From NCBI RefSeq assembly GCF_006345805.1, contig NC_043009.1, positions 64,356,001 to 64,420,000 on the forward strand: a stretch of 64,000 bases of DNA, written 5' to 3'. Position 1 is the first letter of the stretch. The number at the start of each line of letters is the position of its first letter. The translations under genes were made by a program, and so were the position numbers. The notes beneath the pieces were generated by a model that was given only the letters and a program-made list of their open reading frames with translations, made no database searches and was not told the DNA's origin. Below, one piece after another: positions 1-31,425 of this stretch. This DNA is from Octopus sinensis (taxonomy: Eukaryota).

Positions 1-92
1 CACCCATATATGTATATACATCTATCCATCTCCCTCTCTTATATATGTCATGTATGCATACATGTCTGTGTGTGCATGTGTGTGTGTGTGTG

Positions 93-129
<37 letters not shown>

Positions 130-229
130 TGTGTGTGTGTTTGTGTGTGTGTTTGCGATGAGGTGTTAGTTAGATGACATCTTTAATATCTGTTCTGATT
201 TTCGTTACAGCATGCACAACTATACTTAC

Positions 230-17199
<16,970 letters not shown>

Positions 17200-17962
17200 G
17201 TTACACTCAGTGGGTGTCTCGTTGCAATCTCTACTGAAAAAAGGCCGCCTAATGACGTGTTTATTAAAACAGACTGGTTCGTACAATTATATTAGACTAC
17301 GGGGCGTAAAAACAAGACACTCATTAGCTGCTAAATCGGTAGTTTATCGGCATTTCATTCGTGCTTACTTTCTGAGTTTAAATTCCGCGGGCCGACTTTA
17401 CATTTTGTCTTTTGGGGGTTAATAAATAAGTACTAGTCGAACACTAGGGTAAATATATTCGACCGGGCCCGTCCCCTACATTTCAGCCCTTCTGCTCTTC
17501 TATTTCAGAAAGGATTTGGGGTGTGTGTGTAAAATGATGATTTAATGTTATTATACATTCTATAACCACATGAATGACTGCTTGGTTATGAAACTCGCTT
17601 TGCACCCACGGTTTCGGGTTCTGTCCCACTGCGCGGCACTTTAAGCATCTTCTTTTTTTACTAGAGCCAGTCTATGGAAGCCCATGGAATACATATATAA
17701 GCATATATATATATATACGTATGAGCTTCCTTTTGTTCCTTGCCACTCCTTGACAGCTGGTGTTGGTTTGTTCACCTCCCCGTAGCCTAGCCGTACGGTA
17801 AAGAAGCCGACTGGATAAGTACTAAGTACCAAACTGAAATAAAAACTGGGGTGAATTTGTTCGACAAAACTCTTGAAAGAGGTGCAACAGTATGGCCGTA
17901 CTTTAGTGGCTGAAACGAGGAAACGATTAAAAAAACACACACACATATATACAACATACGTT

Positions 17963-17996
<34 letters not shown>

Positions 17997-18544
17997 TTAC
18001 ATATATTTTTTAGTTTATATTTTTGTAAAATTATATCATTAAAATAGCCAACTGGCAGATTCGTTAGCACATCGGACAATAAGCTTAGTGCCACTTTGCC
18101 GCGCACAACGCCGACGAGAGGAGGATCGCTAGGCTGGAATTACTGTCGAAAAGACCTCTTTCTCCGCGGATCAGTTTTGTGTGTAGCGGAATCATTGGTC
18201 TCCAGAATGCCGCCCTTCTCTGTCAAATCAGAATGATATGGTTGAAATATTTTCAGTTTCGCTTTTGCTACACTCCTATATACTGAGTATACTTAAAACA
18301 AATTACTCAGCAAGAAACTATTTCACTAATCCGGTTCCTGTAGCGTTTGCGTGTGAATGTATGCGTGTGAGTGTCTATGAGTATCTGTTCGTCTCTATGT
18401 GGCCGTGTCTTCGTGCCTATCTAATTGTGAGTCTATACAGTACATGTAAATTTGGGGTTGTATAACAGTTTTTTGTCTATCTGCCTCTGTGTCTGCACAT
18501 ACAGGTTTTGCATACATACATTCATACATACAGGCATACACACG

Positions 18545-18666
<122 letters not shown>

Positions 18667-18684
18667 AAAAATCCTTCCATGGCG

Positions 18685-18745
18685 GATAACTGAAGAGATG
18701 GCGGCGTGGGTTTCCGCCCCGACATCCGAAACTCGGAGTTTTATC
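18685..18745 (+). ncRNA. type I hammerhead (same family as 37191 and 39521)
   Basis: GATAA CTGAAGA GATG GCGG..CCGC..CATC C GAAAC TC G GA GTT TTATC. Confidence 0.7.
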
Positions 18746-19552
18746 ATGGCTACCGAATAATTGTCACATATTATATTTACAGATAAATTCCCCTATTTAC
18801 ACAATATCAAGGTCGCTTTCATTCTTTTGTTGTCTTACCATTTTTATCAATATATATATATATATATATATATACCAAAGTAAGCACATAAATGCGAAAC
18901 AAGGTGGGGAATGTAGTACTCGAGTACCGGAGGCTATATCACAAAAACTGCTAGTCAGAGTTTTACGTTCCCGTTCGTTGGACACTTTAAATTGAGGTCG
19001 ATTTGTTCGACAAAACTCTTGAAGCAGATTCTCAATCTAAACTGTCCGACTAAAAGAAACGTCAAACTCCAAATATGACAACGTTTTTGGTGACATTTTT
19101 GTGATGTTTTTGCAGTTTTAATAATAATCTTGTCTACTATAGGCACATGGCCCGAGATTTTGGGGGAGTGGCCAGCCGATTAAATCAACTCCAATACGCA
19201 ACTGGTACTTAATTTATCGACTCCGAAAGGATGAAAGGCAAAGTCGACCAAAGCGTAATTTGAACTCAGAACGTAAAGACAAACGAAATATCGTTAAGCA
19301 TTTCACCCGGCGTGCTAACGTGTCTGCCTATATAATATAATATACTATATAATAATATACTATATAATAATATACTAGGCGCAGGAGTGGCTGTGTGGTA
19401 AGAAGCTTCCCAGCCACATGGTTCCTGGTTCAGGCCCACTGCATGACATCTTAGACAAGTGTCTTCAACTATAGCCTCGGGCCGACCGAAGCTTTGTGAG
19501 TGAATTTGGTAGACGGAAACTGAAAGAAGCTGGTCGTATATATATATATATA

Positions 19553-19743
19553 TATATTAGAAGAAAAGAGGTAATCAGAAGATCAGATGGTTCATATTTA
19601 TAGATATTTATTTATATATTACATTTTTTAATGATATGATCTGAATGATATGATATATATATGTAAAAAATGTAATATATAAATAAATATCTATAAACAT
19701 GAACCATCCGATCTTCTGATTACCTCATTTCTTCTAATATATA
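19553..19743. repeat. fold-back palindrome inside the internal (TA)n of a family-1 SINE
   Basis: Arms 19553-19630 and 19664-19743. SINE head at 19378-19540, tail at about 19920-20030. Confidence 0.88.
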
Positions 19744-19768
19744 ATACCTGTACATCATCTCCAAACCT

Positions 19769-19909
<141 letters not shown>

Positions 19910-20185
19910 GTATGTGTGTGTATATGTTTGTGTGTTTGTGTTTGTCTCTCCAACATCACTTGACAACCAATGTTGGTGTGTTTACGTTCCCGTAACTTAG
20001 CAGTTCGGCAAAAGGGACCGATCGAATATGTCGTAAGAGATAAGCAAATACATTAAGATACGAATTAAAGTATGATAAAATAAAATAAAATAAATGTCCT
20101 ATATATTGAATTCCGTGTATAATAATGACTCTTCAGAAAATATGTCCATAGCTAAACAGTCAGATGCAGGCAGGAAACAAGGCAT

Positions 20186-20230
<45 letters not shown>

Positions 20231-20703
20231 ACTATATCTTCCATTCTATATAAACTCCATGTACTCTAATAATCGAATGTCAAGTAAAAGTCGATAAATG
20301 TCCTTAAAATTACACACAAACGTCTGCAACGGAACGATAGATGAAACATCAATGATGGATCGAAAATAATCAGCGTCGAACAAATCTCTCTCTTTCTCTC
20401 TCTCTTTATCTATCTGTCTAAAAGCGGTGCTCCAGCATGGCCGCAGTCAAATGACTGAAACAAGTAAAGGAGTAAAAGACTATATATATAGATGTAAGAC
20501 AAAAGACGCAGCAGGTATATTGGTTTGACCCCCCCCCCCCGGTAAAAATGGAGAGCCTACTACTTTTCGAGACTACACTCTTCGAGAAAGAATTAAGAGG
20601 GAATGAAAAAAATGAATAAGAAGGAATGAAAAAAAAACAGTTCAGCATTATTTTATATCTGTGTGCATACAGCCATACACACGCACACACACGCATATAT
20701 ATA

Positions 20704-20752
<49 letters not shown>

Positions 20753-20866
20753 ATAAAAATGGTAAATAATTTTCCTGCGGTTTTTCATGTAACCAACAAT
20801 TATTTACCGGTAAATTTCGGTATGTAAATACGACAAATTAATTGTCAGGACCTTTGTAAGGTTCAG

Positions 20867-21021
20867 TATATAGTAAAGAAAAAATAAGATGGCTAGCAGC
20901 AAGCTGTTTCGCCTCATACCGAAGGAATTAGAAATGGCAGTCAAAAACGGTCTTTGACTGCCATTTCTAATTCCTTCGGTATGAGGCGAAACAGCTTGCT
21001 GCTAGCCATCTTATTTTTTCT

Positions 21022-21030
<9 letters not shown>
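20867..21030. repeat. near-perfect hairpin flanked by TATATA
   Basis: Arms 20867-20945 and 20953-21030, 7-nt loop, one indel. Confidence 0.92.
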
Positions 21031-21061
<31 letters not shown>

Positions 21062-21777
21062 ACATATAACTTGATGAGTAGATAAACAGGAAGAGAAGTA
21101 AAGATTAGTGACTGAAGGAAGGGGTAGCAACGTGTGTCACATGCAGGTTATTGACACCTAAACTAATGTATCTCATAATGTGCATATGTCTATGCGCTTC
21201 TGCATCGCATGCTTTACTAGAATTTCTGCAAGTAGGTATAGGCTCGTGTTCCTTGCGCAAATAGGTAAAAGATGAAAGATGAAAGTAGGTTCTACATTAC
21301 GATATGATGTTGGCTATGTATAAGTATGTATGTATGTATGTATGTATGTATGTATGTATGTATGTATGTATGTATGTATGTATGTATGTAGGTGTGTGTA
21401 TGTATGTCATTATTCAGTTTCTTGCCAATAGAGAAAGAACATGTTTCTAACCTACATCCAAGGCTCTTTCATTGGAATTTCAACATCAACAACAAGGTAT
21501 TTTGTATGTATGTATGTACGTGTGTATATATGTATGTATATACGTATGTACGTATGTATGTAACCTAGATCCAAGACTCCATTATTGGAATTTCAACATC
21601 AACAAGGTATTTTTGTTTGTATGTATGTACGTATGTATGTATGTATGTATGTATGTATGTATGTATGTATGTATGTATGTATTTATGTATGTATGTATGT
21701 ATGTGAAAATTTGTATGTTTTATGTATGTATTCTCATGCATACTGTTGCATATCTAGACATGCTCATATATATTTAA

Positions 21778-22174
21778 ACTAGCAGTATCGCCCGGCGTTG
21801 CTCGGGTTGTAAGGGAAATAAGTATATAAGCATTTTTAGAGAGTTATAGCCAAAAAATAGCAAAAAAAATGCATTAAAAATTGAAAAAAAATTAAGGTAA
21901 ATTTTTTTTAAATCGTTGACACATCGTAGATATTTTTAGAGAGTTACTTCCCTTATATAAAAGCGAAAAAAATGCATTAAAATGGAAAAATATGATGGTA
22001 AATTTTTTTAAAATCGTAGACTCATCGTAGACGCGCGCTAATACCCAGAAGGGCTCGATATGAATCACGACTATAAGATACCCGCTTTTGGTTAAACTGC
22101 ACCGCAAAATGTGGGAGTAATTACGAATGTAAATCGAAGGGGACAGACACACAACTTCACTCTTATATAAAGAT
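21778..22174 (+). mobile_element. Helentron/DINE-1-like non-autonomous element (about 397 bp)
   Basis: 5' ACTAG..CGCCCGGCGTTGCTCGGG stem-loop, 3' ..CAGACACACAAC..TTATATAAAGAT. Other copies at 40743-41141 and 57912-58875. Confidence 0.7.
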
Positions 22175-22869
22175 GCTTTTTTTTTCAGTCATAGAGTTAG
22201 ATTTATGAAGGTCTTCAGTAGAAAATCCTTCGAATTCTGACTCGCTGCTTGATATAATGAAATTCGTATCCATTTTTTGTCAGAATTACAAATTTTGAAA
22301 ACACAATAGGAACAAATTTCGGAAAAAAATCTCCCATAATTCACGGAATTAAAATTACATTTCGATTTTTGTACAAAACTGTATTTGAAGTGTTTACGAA
22401 GTATAATACGTGTTTTCACGAATGTACTAAAGAGATTTACTCTGATATTCTCATTTAAATATGAATAGGTAAATTCGGGCGGCTTGGTAACGAAAGGGTT
22501 TATATAAGTGTCGTCTGTTTATACATAAACACTGTTTCATAGTTTCAGTTTAGTCTTCCTCAAATCACTGTCGCTAATTTACTCTCTTCCAAGAACATTT
22601 TCACTCACTGTTATCTGTTAGCTTCCCATACATTTTACTCATGTATCTATCAGCGTGATAGACAGAAACAAATATTACATTTACTTTCATTTTATTCGTT
22701 GCCCACTGTGTGTGTGCGTTTGCGTGTGGTGTAAACCAGACTAAGAAAAGCATTTGACACACACACCAGAATGTGAGTTTTCTGTAAATTTTGCTTAATT
22801 GGAGTTTAAATTTTAAAAACTGGACCTGGCATGACGCGATGCATTGTACTCTTAAAACTGCTAGGTAAA

Positions 22870-23200
22870 TTGTAATTGAAGAAATCCTATATTGTAGATT
22901 TGTATAACTCCCAAAGGGAGGCAGAAAAAATCTGCCTTTTATAATAAGAGATGATAAACTTCTGGAAAGTTTTACAGATTTTTACAGTTCCGGTGATGAA
23001 TTGAACCTGTAGTCTTCGAATTAGCTTTGTCTTTCCTGGTTTTGAGAAGCCTATTTTCTCAAGATTGGTATTTAGGCAGTATGTTACATATCCCAGGTCT
23101 CCGATAGTTACAGGTATAAACCTGAACTTGTAACCTGGATAGAGTAACTGCAGATTTCTCAATAGTTCAGCGTAGGTGTTCTCTTTTTCACTGATCTTCA
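22870..23200 (-). mobile_element. 3' end of an RLE-type non-LTR retrotransposon (R2/R4/CRE-like)
   Basis: EKRTRYAELLRNLQLLYPGYKFRFIPVTIGDLG.., the restriction-like endonuclease C-terminus. Confidence 0.6.
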
Positions 23201-25830
23201 GCTAATTTCCACAACTGTGCACAGTTTCTCCAAGAGACCACCATCTCTTGGCAGTGTGCTTCTAAAGTAAACAAACGTGTCACTAACTTATAATTTTGTT
23301 CCTTTCACAAAAATGTTTGGTTCAGAATTTGCTTGTCCTGGCACCGGAGTAGACATTACTTTGGTTTTCCCCAGAATAATTGCGAGTCCGAAATGTACAT
23401 ATGCAGTGGAAAATCTGTCCATTAAATGTTACCTATCCCCCCCACCTCTGATTCAGCCAACAAATTAGCATCCTCAGCATAAAGTAATTCTCCAACAAGT
23501 GTTTTGAAAGTCTTTGCTTTGCTGTTAAACCGGCTCAAATTTAAAATGCGACCAGATGTCCGAAATTTGATTCCGTTTCTCCTGTTGCAATCCTTGAAAG
23601 CATACCAAAGCGATGCAGCAAAATAAATAGAGAAAAGTGTAGGGGCAGGAGTATCTCCTTGTTTGACACCGTTGTCCACTGAAAATTCATGAGATATCTC
23701 ACCATTAAAGAGTACCCGAGCTTTCATGTTCCTTAAAGATGCTCACAAAATGTGTGGGGTAACCAAACAATCGACAGTGCCTCTCTGTTTAACGTATCAA
23801 ATGCCTTATGAAGACCTGATATAGTAGCATTTGTTCCTCTATGCATTTCTCTTGAACCTGTCTCACAGAAAATATCATGTCCATTGTTCCTCGCTCAGGT
23901 TTGAAACCACGCTGTTCTTTAGGAATCACATTTGGACACACATTCTCAACGAGACGATCTAACATGATCGTGGAAAGTATCTTTCTGGTATGTGCCAGGA
24001 GAGTTATCCCTCTAGAATGACCACACACTGCTTTTTGGCCCCTTACCCTTGTATACAGAGATTAGAATGCCATTTATCCATTCTTGTGTCACAGAAGACT
24101 CATTCCAAACTTGAGTTACTAGGTTATGAATTTCAGATGAAATATGATCTCCACCTGCTCTCATAATTTCAACTCGAATAACATCCAATCCAGCAGCTTT
24201 ATCTGAGCTCAATTTGCATAATGCCAGATTAACCTCTTCAATAGAAGCTGTATTGTTCGTGTGTTCATCTCTCTTTGCGGAATGTTGTTTATGATATCCA
24301 TGTTCACTACATTTTAGCAGACGCAACCCATTCTTGTTCACCTTTCGTATTCTGTAACTATTCTGTAACGCCCAAGTACATTCCAAACACCATAGTCTCT
24401 ACCAACACATGTATTAAAGTCACCAAGTACAGCCAACTACTCATTCAAAGGCACTGACAGAATACTTCTCCTAAGCTCTTCATAAAACGCATGAATATTT
24501 TCCTCACTAGCTGAAAGTATAGGAGCATAAACGGGGAAAACAGTTACAAAACGTATACAAGAATGAAGGATCCGTAGTTTCATTATGCGTGTATATATGC
24601 TTTGTGGTTGTTCTAGGTCTTTTAGCAAATCACTTCTAATTATAAACCCAACACCGCTTTCCCTTTACTCTCCTTTCGGCTTCCCAACCCAGAATAATGT
24701 GAAACCTGCCGCTTTTCCGACAAGATGATCTTCATCTGAACATCTTATTTCAGAAAGAGCTGCAATATCAACATTAAGACGACTTAGCTCCTTAGTTACT
24801 AGAGCTGTTCTTCATTCAGGTATATCTGCTCGATCTAAAAGGGTTCTCACATTCCAACAGGCCAAGTTAAGAGAAACTTTTTCCCTTGCATACTTGCTAT
24901 CATTGCTTATATCAATTCTTTGTTAATTCTTGCTCAATTGAACCACATTTAGCTGCAGTAAACTAATCAGCAGAAACAGGACAGTCACTTTTTAGTGCAC
25001 CTTCTCTAGCACCTTCCCAGTATATCCAGGTGAGCAGTGTTCTCCTTAAAAGGACTGATCAGACACAGTATTCTCCACCAATAACAGTCCTTGTCCATGA
25101 AAACACGTTAGCGATGTTAAGATAAGAACCCTGCCGCCTTATGTGCAGATTTGTAACTGTATGCTTCCAACCGGTCAGGTCTGCATACATCGCCACGCCT
25201 CTATCGCCATAGGACTTTTGAAAAATGATTGTACGATGATGGTGTTTTGCCGAGGATGTCTGTACTTCATTAGATTTCAGTGACAAACACTTGTACAAAA
25301 CTTTTGCCACTCTCTGGGTCAAAATAGTAGATTCCATTGACAAGCAAAGCAAGATGACTAGTACTAAGGTGACATCATGTTTTATATCGGGGTACCTTCT
25401 CCTAGGCTTTTCCTCAAAAGAAGACCTCAAGCCAGCAGTGGTAAGTGAATTTGAATTCAGAGCTTAATTCTCCTATACTGGTTTTCCTAATCAAGACTTC
25501 GTTTCAAAACAGGGGCCCAGTCTGACCCCATCAACACTCATGGCTTTGATAGTGCAGCCAATTAAGGGACTGTCATTACTACGACCTGGTTTTATGTCAG
25601 AGTGTCCTTCTCCTAGAAGAGTTGCCTTCACCACAGCTAGTGAGCCCCATCTATCCACCCCCTCAGAAACTACACATGAGCTCTTCTACCCTTTGACAGG
25701 TCTTTTCTTCCTGCAGGGTGTCCAACAATTACCCTCTTCGCCAAGTAAGCTTGGTGGGTTTGCCAGTTTAGTCGCCGTCTACCCGACCGTGCAACAGGTT
25801 GCACTGGATTACATGTTACCAGTAAACGCC
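23200..25830 (-). mobile_element. decayed RTE-clade LINE (5'UTR, APE and RT remnants)
   Basis: ORF pieces RGITLLAHTRKIL..QRGFKPERGTMDMIFSVRQVQEKC and NGVKQGD..APTLFSIYF..LLYAED. APE-like IVTVF.VYAP.L. Multiple stops and frameshifts. Confidence 0.85.
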
Positions 25831-26208
25831 CAATAACGACCAGACAGATGTAATTATGAATAATTACGCGCGCGCACACACACACACACACACGCACACA
25901 CACACACACACACACACGCACGCACGCACGCACGCACACACACAAACACACAAAGCCACTGAGAAATGCTAATGAACTTTTAGGAAAATGACGAAAATAA
26001 ACAAGACGAATTATAATAATTAATAGGTTTTCGTTGTAGGTCTGTTGTATTTTTTTGGGGGGTATTTGTATAATTATTGTAATTATACAAATCCTTGAAA
26101 CATTTATGTAAAGCAACGCTCTGTTCATGCTTTGCAAAAATATTCTTGGAATATTCCTGTGTTCGATACTCAAGTCTGTCTCCTTCCTTTTTTGCCTCTG
26201 TTTTTCCT

Positions 26209-26249
<41 letters not shown>

Positions 26250-26715
26250 TCCCTCTCTTTCCCTTCCTAATACTCTCCTCCGTTTCTGCTATCCCTCTGC
26301 CCTCCACGACTCTCTTTCCCTTTCTCTTTCCTCCCACCCTCACGTGACCGGTGGCTATCTAAGCCCTTGCCATTCTTTTCCCTTTAGCCTCCATCTTGAT
26401 CAGTCACGCTTCTTTGCGCTCCGTCACTTGGTCTTCCCGAGTTTGTTTTACTTCTTCCTTCATTGGTCGAAAGAATTGACAGAGTTTGATTCACAGTGAC
26501 AAAAGCGAAAGGCGGATACTTCGTTGAGTCTATGATCGAGGGTTTTTCTCTGATTTAAGAAAATACATTAAGAAAATACTTCACCAGAATCTCTCAGTTA
26601 TTTCCATTTTGTAGATGTTTTTTCAAAATAAGTTTAGGTGATCTAAAACTTCTGGATAGCAGTAGTAGTAGTAGTAGTAGCAGCATATATATATATATAT
26701 TATATATATATATAT

Positions 26716-26766
<51 letters not shown>

Positions 26767-26855
26767 ATTTCAACAATTGAGGGTAAAATAATTAATTATT
26801 AATCAATTTCACCAAGTATTCAGTATGTAAAGGGACCATTTAAGGCGAATTCAAA

Positions 26856-26935
26856 ATATTACATTTTATAAAGGGCTTAGTAAAATAAATTAAATGTGGC
26901 AAAGTAATTTATTTTACTAAGCCCTTTATAAAATG

Positions 26936-26941
<6 letters not shown>
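26856..26941. repeat. perfect 37-bp inverted repeat just upstream of the PLE
   Basis: ATATTACATTTTATAAAGGGCTTAGTAAAATAAATTA at 26856-26892 and its reverse complement at 26905-26941. Confidence 0.92.
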
Positions 26942-26998
<57 letters not shown>

Positions 26999-27104
26999 CT
27001 GTTATGTCTGGGGAGAGTCATTTTCTTTTTGTGCAATAGTACTTAATAAGGCACTTTGGCTTGCTCATAACAAAGCTGGTCTCACCCGAGAAGAAATTAA
27101 TGTT

Positions 27105-28556
27105 GTGTTGGCAGCCAGAAGATCTATTATTAAATTTGATGATAAGTTGTGGGTCCGTAAAGACACACCAGATAGTTTCGATATACCAATGGGAAGTTCT
27201 GATTCAGCACAGATAGCTGATTTGGTCTGTATATATATTCTTTTTGAAATCGCTGAAGAGTTCCCTAACATTTATGGAGGTCTATATCGTGATGATTGTT
27301 TACTTTACCTCCAAAATGTTTCCAACCAAAAGGTACAAAAAGTTAAGAATAGTTTAGTTAATTTTTTCAGTAGAATGGGCTTAAAAATCGTTTTTGATGA
27401 CGATCTGACGAAGGCCAACCTTTTAGATATTACGCTTAATTTACACAGTGACTCTTACTTCCCATATCATAAACCGTTGACCAATCTTAAGTACATTAGC
27501 AAATTTAGTAATCATCCTGGAGCAATTACTAAGAATTTAGTTAAGAATATTTCATTTAGATTATCTAAATTATCTGCTAATGTTGATATTTTCAATAATA
27601 ACGCTGAATTCTATAACTCTGCCTTAATCAAAGCAGGTTATACAGAAAAAATTTTCTACATTGATTCTGCTCAGTCTAATTGTAAATTCAATAATGTAGA
27701 TAAGATTTCTAGTCGTAAAAGAATTATTGATAACAAACATAACTTACGCACCGATACAAAGCGAATGAAGGCAGATAACCCCTATTTATTCCCCTATTAC
27801 CGATCTAAAAGTAAATATAACACCTTCAAAAGTAATTACGCTATGAATACTGGTAAAAATATTTGGTTAATAATTCCTTACGGGAGACAAATTAAATCTA
27901 ATCTCCCACTGCTGTTTCGTCAAGCTATTGCTAGGAATTTTCCAAACAATTCTAGATATTACTCTATAATTAATTCACATAAGGTTAGGATAGGTTTTTC
28001 AAACACAAAAAATCTCTTGCAAATTGTATCTTCTCATAATAACAAACTGTTAAATATTAATACATTTACTAATACTAACATTAATTTAGCTAATACCATC
28101 CAACCCTCTAGAAATATTAATAACAAGGTTATTGTATCTGAAGTCAATTCCAATAGAATTAAATTTATGTCAAGTAACTCTAAGATTAAAAATTCTATAT
28201 ACCAGTGTATAATCAGTACTCATAATAAAGTACGATTTTACATTGGAAGCACATCGTTAGAGTTATCTAAAACAATTTCTATCCATTACTCAACATTTAG
28301 GGATAGAAATAAACGGAATAGTACCGGTCTCAGCAAACTGATTTGGGATTTAAAAGACCACAATGAACAATTTCATTTAGAATGGTTGATCCTCTCAATT
28401 TCGATACCATATGACAAAGGCAAGAAATTCTGTCTTCTCTGCAATTCTGAGCTATTTTTCATTATTTTTTACAAAAATACTCTAGTAAACACGGTTATAG
28501 AACGGGCATACAGATGTAAGCATTGGCAGAAACATACTTTTAGTGCATATAAGTAG
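27105..28556 (+). CDS. PLE reverse transcriptase / GIY-YIG endonuclease (N-truncated)
   Basis: Supplied ORF. The frame stays open upstream to about 27030, so the GTG start is not the native start. Confidence 0.8.
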   Translation: MLAARRSIIKFDDKLWVRKDTPDSFDIPMGSSDSAQIADLVCIYILFEIAEEFPNIYGGLYRDDCLLYLQNVSNQKVQKVKNSLVNFFSRMGLKIVFDDDLTKANLLDITLNLHSDSYFPYHKPLTNLKYISKFSNHPGAITKNLVKNISFRLSKLSANVDIFNNNAEFYNSALIKAGYTEKIFYIDSAQSNCKFNNVDKISSRKRIIDNKHNLRTDTKRMKADNPYLFPYYRSKSKYNTFKSNYAMNTGKNIWLIIPYGRQIKSNLPLLFRQAIARNFPNNSRYYSIINSHKVRIGFSNTKNLLQIVSSHNNKLLNINTFTNTNINLANTIQPSRNINNKVIVSEVNSNRIKFMSSNSKIKNSIYQCIISTHNKVRFYIGSTSLELSKTISIHYSTFRDRNKRNSTGLSKLIWDLKDHNEQFHLEWLILSISIPYDKGKKFCLLCNSELFFIIFYKNTLVNTVIERAYRCKHWQKHTFSAYK

Positions 28557-28750
28557 TCTCTATCATTATATATAGTTTAAACTTTAATTTCCTTTATATT
28601 AACATTCACTATTAATATCCCTACTCTTTCTGTTAGCTACTTATGACGTTATATCATATAACGTTTTTTTAAACAATATTAATAGCGTTCTGTCTATCGC
28701 TATACGAATCCATCATTTTTTGCTAAAATGTCGTATTGACGAGTTTCGTT

Positions 28751-28846
28751 TTTTCACTTTCCCGAAGAGAAGATTGCATTGTTTATACCTTTTATTCTTT
28801 TGAATAGTATCAGTGGAATTTTCGAAACATATGTAGAAAGTAAAAA
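28751..28846 (+). ncRNA. type I hammerhead in the PLE 3' region (core U4 to C)
   Basis: TTTTTcACTTTC CCGAAGA GAAGATT..AATTTTC GAAAC ATAT GTA GAAAGTAAAAA. 11-bp stem I with one bulge, 7-bp stem II, palindromic stem III. Confidence 0.7.
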
Positions 28847-28879
28847 TACTTGTTTAAACCTGCGTTAACTCCATTTTTA

Positions 28880-28993
<114 letters not shown>

Positions 28994-29084
28994 ATGTATG
29001 AAGTTGAAAACCAAGAGAAGAGTGGAGATTTATTCACAGCCAAAACTTTTTTATTAAGATGTTTTCTACAGCATATATAACAAT

Positions 29085-29169
29085 GACCGATATATGTTTC
29101 TACTGCAGCAACTGCACACTGCTCCTTATGCAATTATGCATCCTAGTCGCTGCAATTTCATCAAGGGTC
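29085..29169 (-). ncRNA. decayed hammerhead (family of 36942-37025)
   Basis: GACC c TTGATGA a ATTGCAGC..GCTGCAGT a GAAAC ATAT ATC GGTC. Core C3 and G16.2 are mutated. Confidence 0.45.
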
Positions 29170-29352
29170 CATCACTTACGACATTTTCAAAGTGAGCTAA
29201 TTCAAACAAGCTTCCTGCGTTGGTATTCTGTTGAAGGTGATAGCGTTATTTTTTAAAATCGAATTCTACTCTTATAATCACCTCTACTCGTATTATAGTT
29301 GAATCTTGGTCTTAAAATGTATATCTATATTACAATTGTAGCAATTTTTTAA

Positions 29353-31425
29353 CCCTAGGACAACGGTTTCTTTTATGAAGCGACTCAGTTGCATTGACGG
29401 TAATTATTTCGGCTGACACCAGCAATTAGCGCACGACAATGGTTCGACGTATATTTACGTCAACCGCTTTTGTGCAAATACCGTTTATTTACCTAAACTA
29501 TATCCCTCTCCAAGAAGCTCATGCAGTTTTCTTCCCGAATAAGATCACTCGACAGCACTACTCAGATCAGCTTCATGTATTTACAATCACGTGAACTCAA
29601 AACTTGGCTTTCGTGTGTGGTAGCGTTCAAAACAATGGTGTCTAATTTCCTTACGTTTCACTTTTGCTTTTCATACTGTGCATCTCTTTGAAGCGTTTGT
29701 GTTCTTGGCGGTGGGGGAAGCGGTAGGGGAAAATATCAATGTTCCTTCACCGTGCGATGAGGGGAGAAGCCGGTGTAGGGACATCTACGCGTTCTGTACT
29801 TTAGCAGGCCTCATGTTTCTATCATTTCACGGAACAATAGATTCCTGTATGTCAATCCATCCCCCACACCGCCAAACATCTGCCAAATCAAATTTGAGTT
29901 CACGGCACACATGTCAACTATATACTAGAAGATTTTTTTGTGCTATTTCACAAATTTTCTCTCCAATGTGTGTGTCGTCGCAAGCTAATCTGAGCTATCG
30001 ACCCCACCCATCCCTTCTTTGTATGAAACAACTACACTCGGTTTCAGTATGGCATTACTGTCCATATCTTCTTTCCTAATGTCCTTAACTCTTGCAGAAT
30101 GCATTGTGCATAACATGCAGATGTTTTTCTTGTCATACCACACTAGAATGAGAAAGCCACTATCGGTGAATCTATACGCTATTTCCCCCTTTCGAAGTTT
30201 TATCTTGTAAAGATTGGGTGGCATGTTTTTCCTGTGCTTCCTCACAGTCCTACAGATATTAATCCTCGCCTGCATGAAGAGGTCTCAACTGGAAAACCAG
30301 TTGTCCATATCAATATTGTAGCCTTTGTCAACATGACATCAGTTGATGCTACAGTAGATGTGAAAAGATCCAATCTGGCCCGACAAAGGTAGATTTTGTA
30401 ATTTCACGCGTACCCACAGGCTCTGCCAGTTGACTGGCATACTTTATAAACCTTGATTCCAAAGCCGGCACGTTTGGTCAGGTTGTATTGTTTGAAGTGG
30501 AGCCTTCCCTTGAATTTCCAGAAACTCTCGTCCATACAAGTGTCCTGTGTGGGGATGCACATCATTCTGAAATTGTCAGCCACTTCATCAATGATGTATT
30601 TTGTGCAGCCTGTCATCCTGGTTCTCGCCTGTGTTGAAATGTAGATTTTGAAGAAGCGTCAAAAATCCATCACGTAGCATTGTTTCCGGAAAGAAAGGTG
30701 TCGAAGTGGCTGGATCCTGATTACAATATGATGCCAAGGTTGGTTTCTTCACGATGTCCCTCCATATCAGCAAGGCAAACAGAACTTTGATTTCGTTCCC
30801 TGTGGTTGGGAAACCAATCACTGCCATGCCCGTGTCTGTCATGCCGGAGATGGTTTTCAGCTTAGTCATTCATTTCGTCCGCTAAATATTGGAACATTTC
30901 ATCCGTAAAAAACTCATGGAAGATTTCCATTGGCAAACTTCCATATTCAAGGTTTGCTTTTATGCTGGGTGTACCAGTAAACCCATGCCGTCGGACGAAA
31001 TTAATCTCTCGCTAGCCACACGACATTCTGTTGTCGGGAGTTTTTCAGTGCTGCCCGGCTGTACCGTTGATTCACCGGAATATCATCATCGCTATCGGAA
31101 TCATCTGTTTCCGAACTAGGAAAATACTCACTCTCCGAGTCATCGTCCAAACCCGAAGAAACAACTGGTGAGGTGGTGGAGTCTGGGTGTGATTTGGCGC
31201 GATGACCGTAAATTCAACGAAAGAGGACGCGACGTCGAAGTTGACGGAGCCAGAGTTGCAAGACGAGTCTATTGGGTTGTAAATATTTACATGAAGCATC
31301 TAATTGACCTCTCAGTTGGCAACTGAACCGGTACTAACTCACTGAGACACGGCAAACGGCGTATAACCACCGATTTAAAGCATATTCACTGTGTGCGTAC
31401 ATTTACGACCACAGTTTTAAAAGGG
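29353..31425 (-). mobile_element. decayed piggyBac (PGBD4-like) DNA transposon with both TTAA target sites
   Basis: TTAA|CCCT at 29349-29356 and AGGG|TTAA at 31422-31429. Transposase remnants DESFWKFKGRLHFKQY..FGIKVY and WYDKKNICML..YKEGMGGVD. Confidence 0.88.

Noticed and set aside
22500-22860. Possible promoter or first exon of copy A (also E-box/CCAAT-like motifs near 26340-26470)
   Set aside because: No conserved counterpart found upstream of copy B, and such motifs occur by chance.
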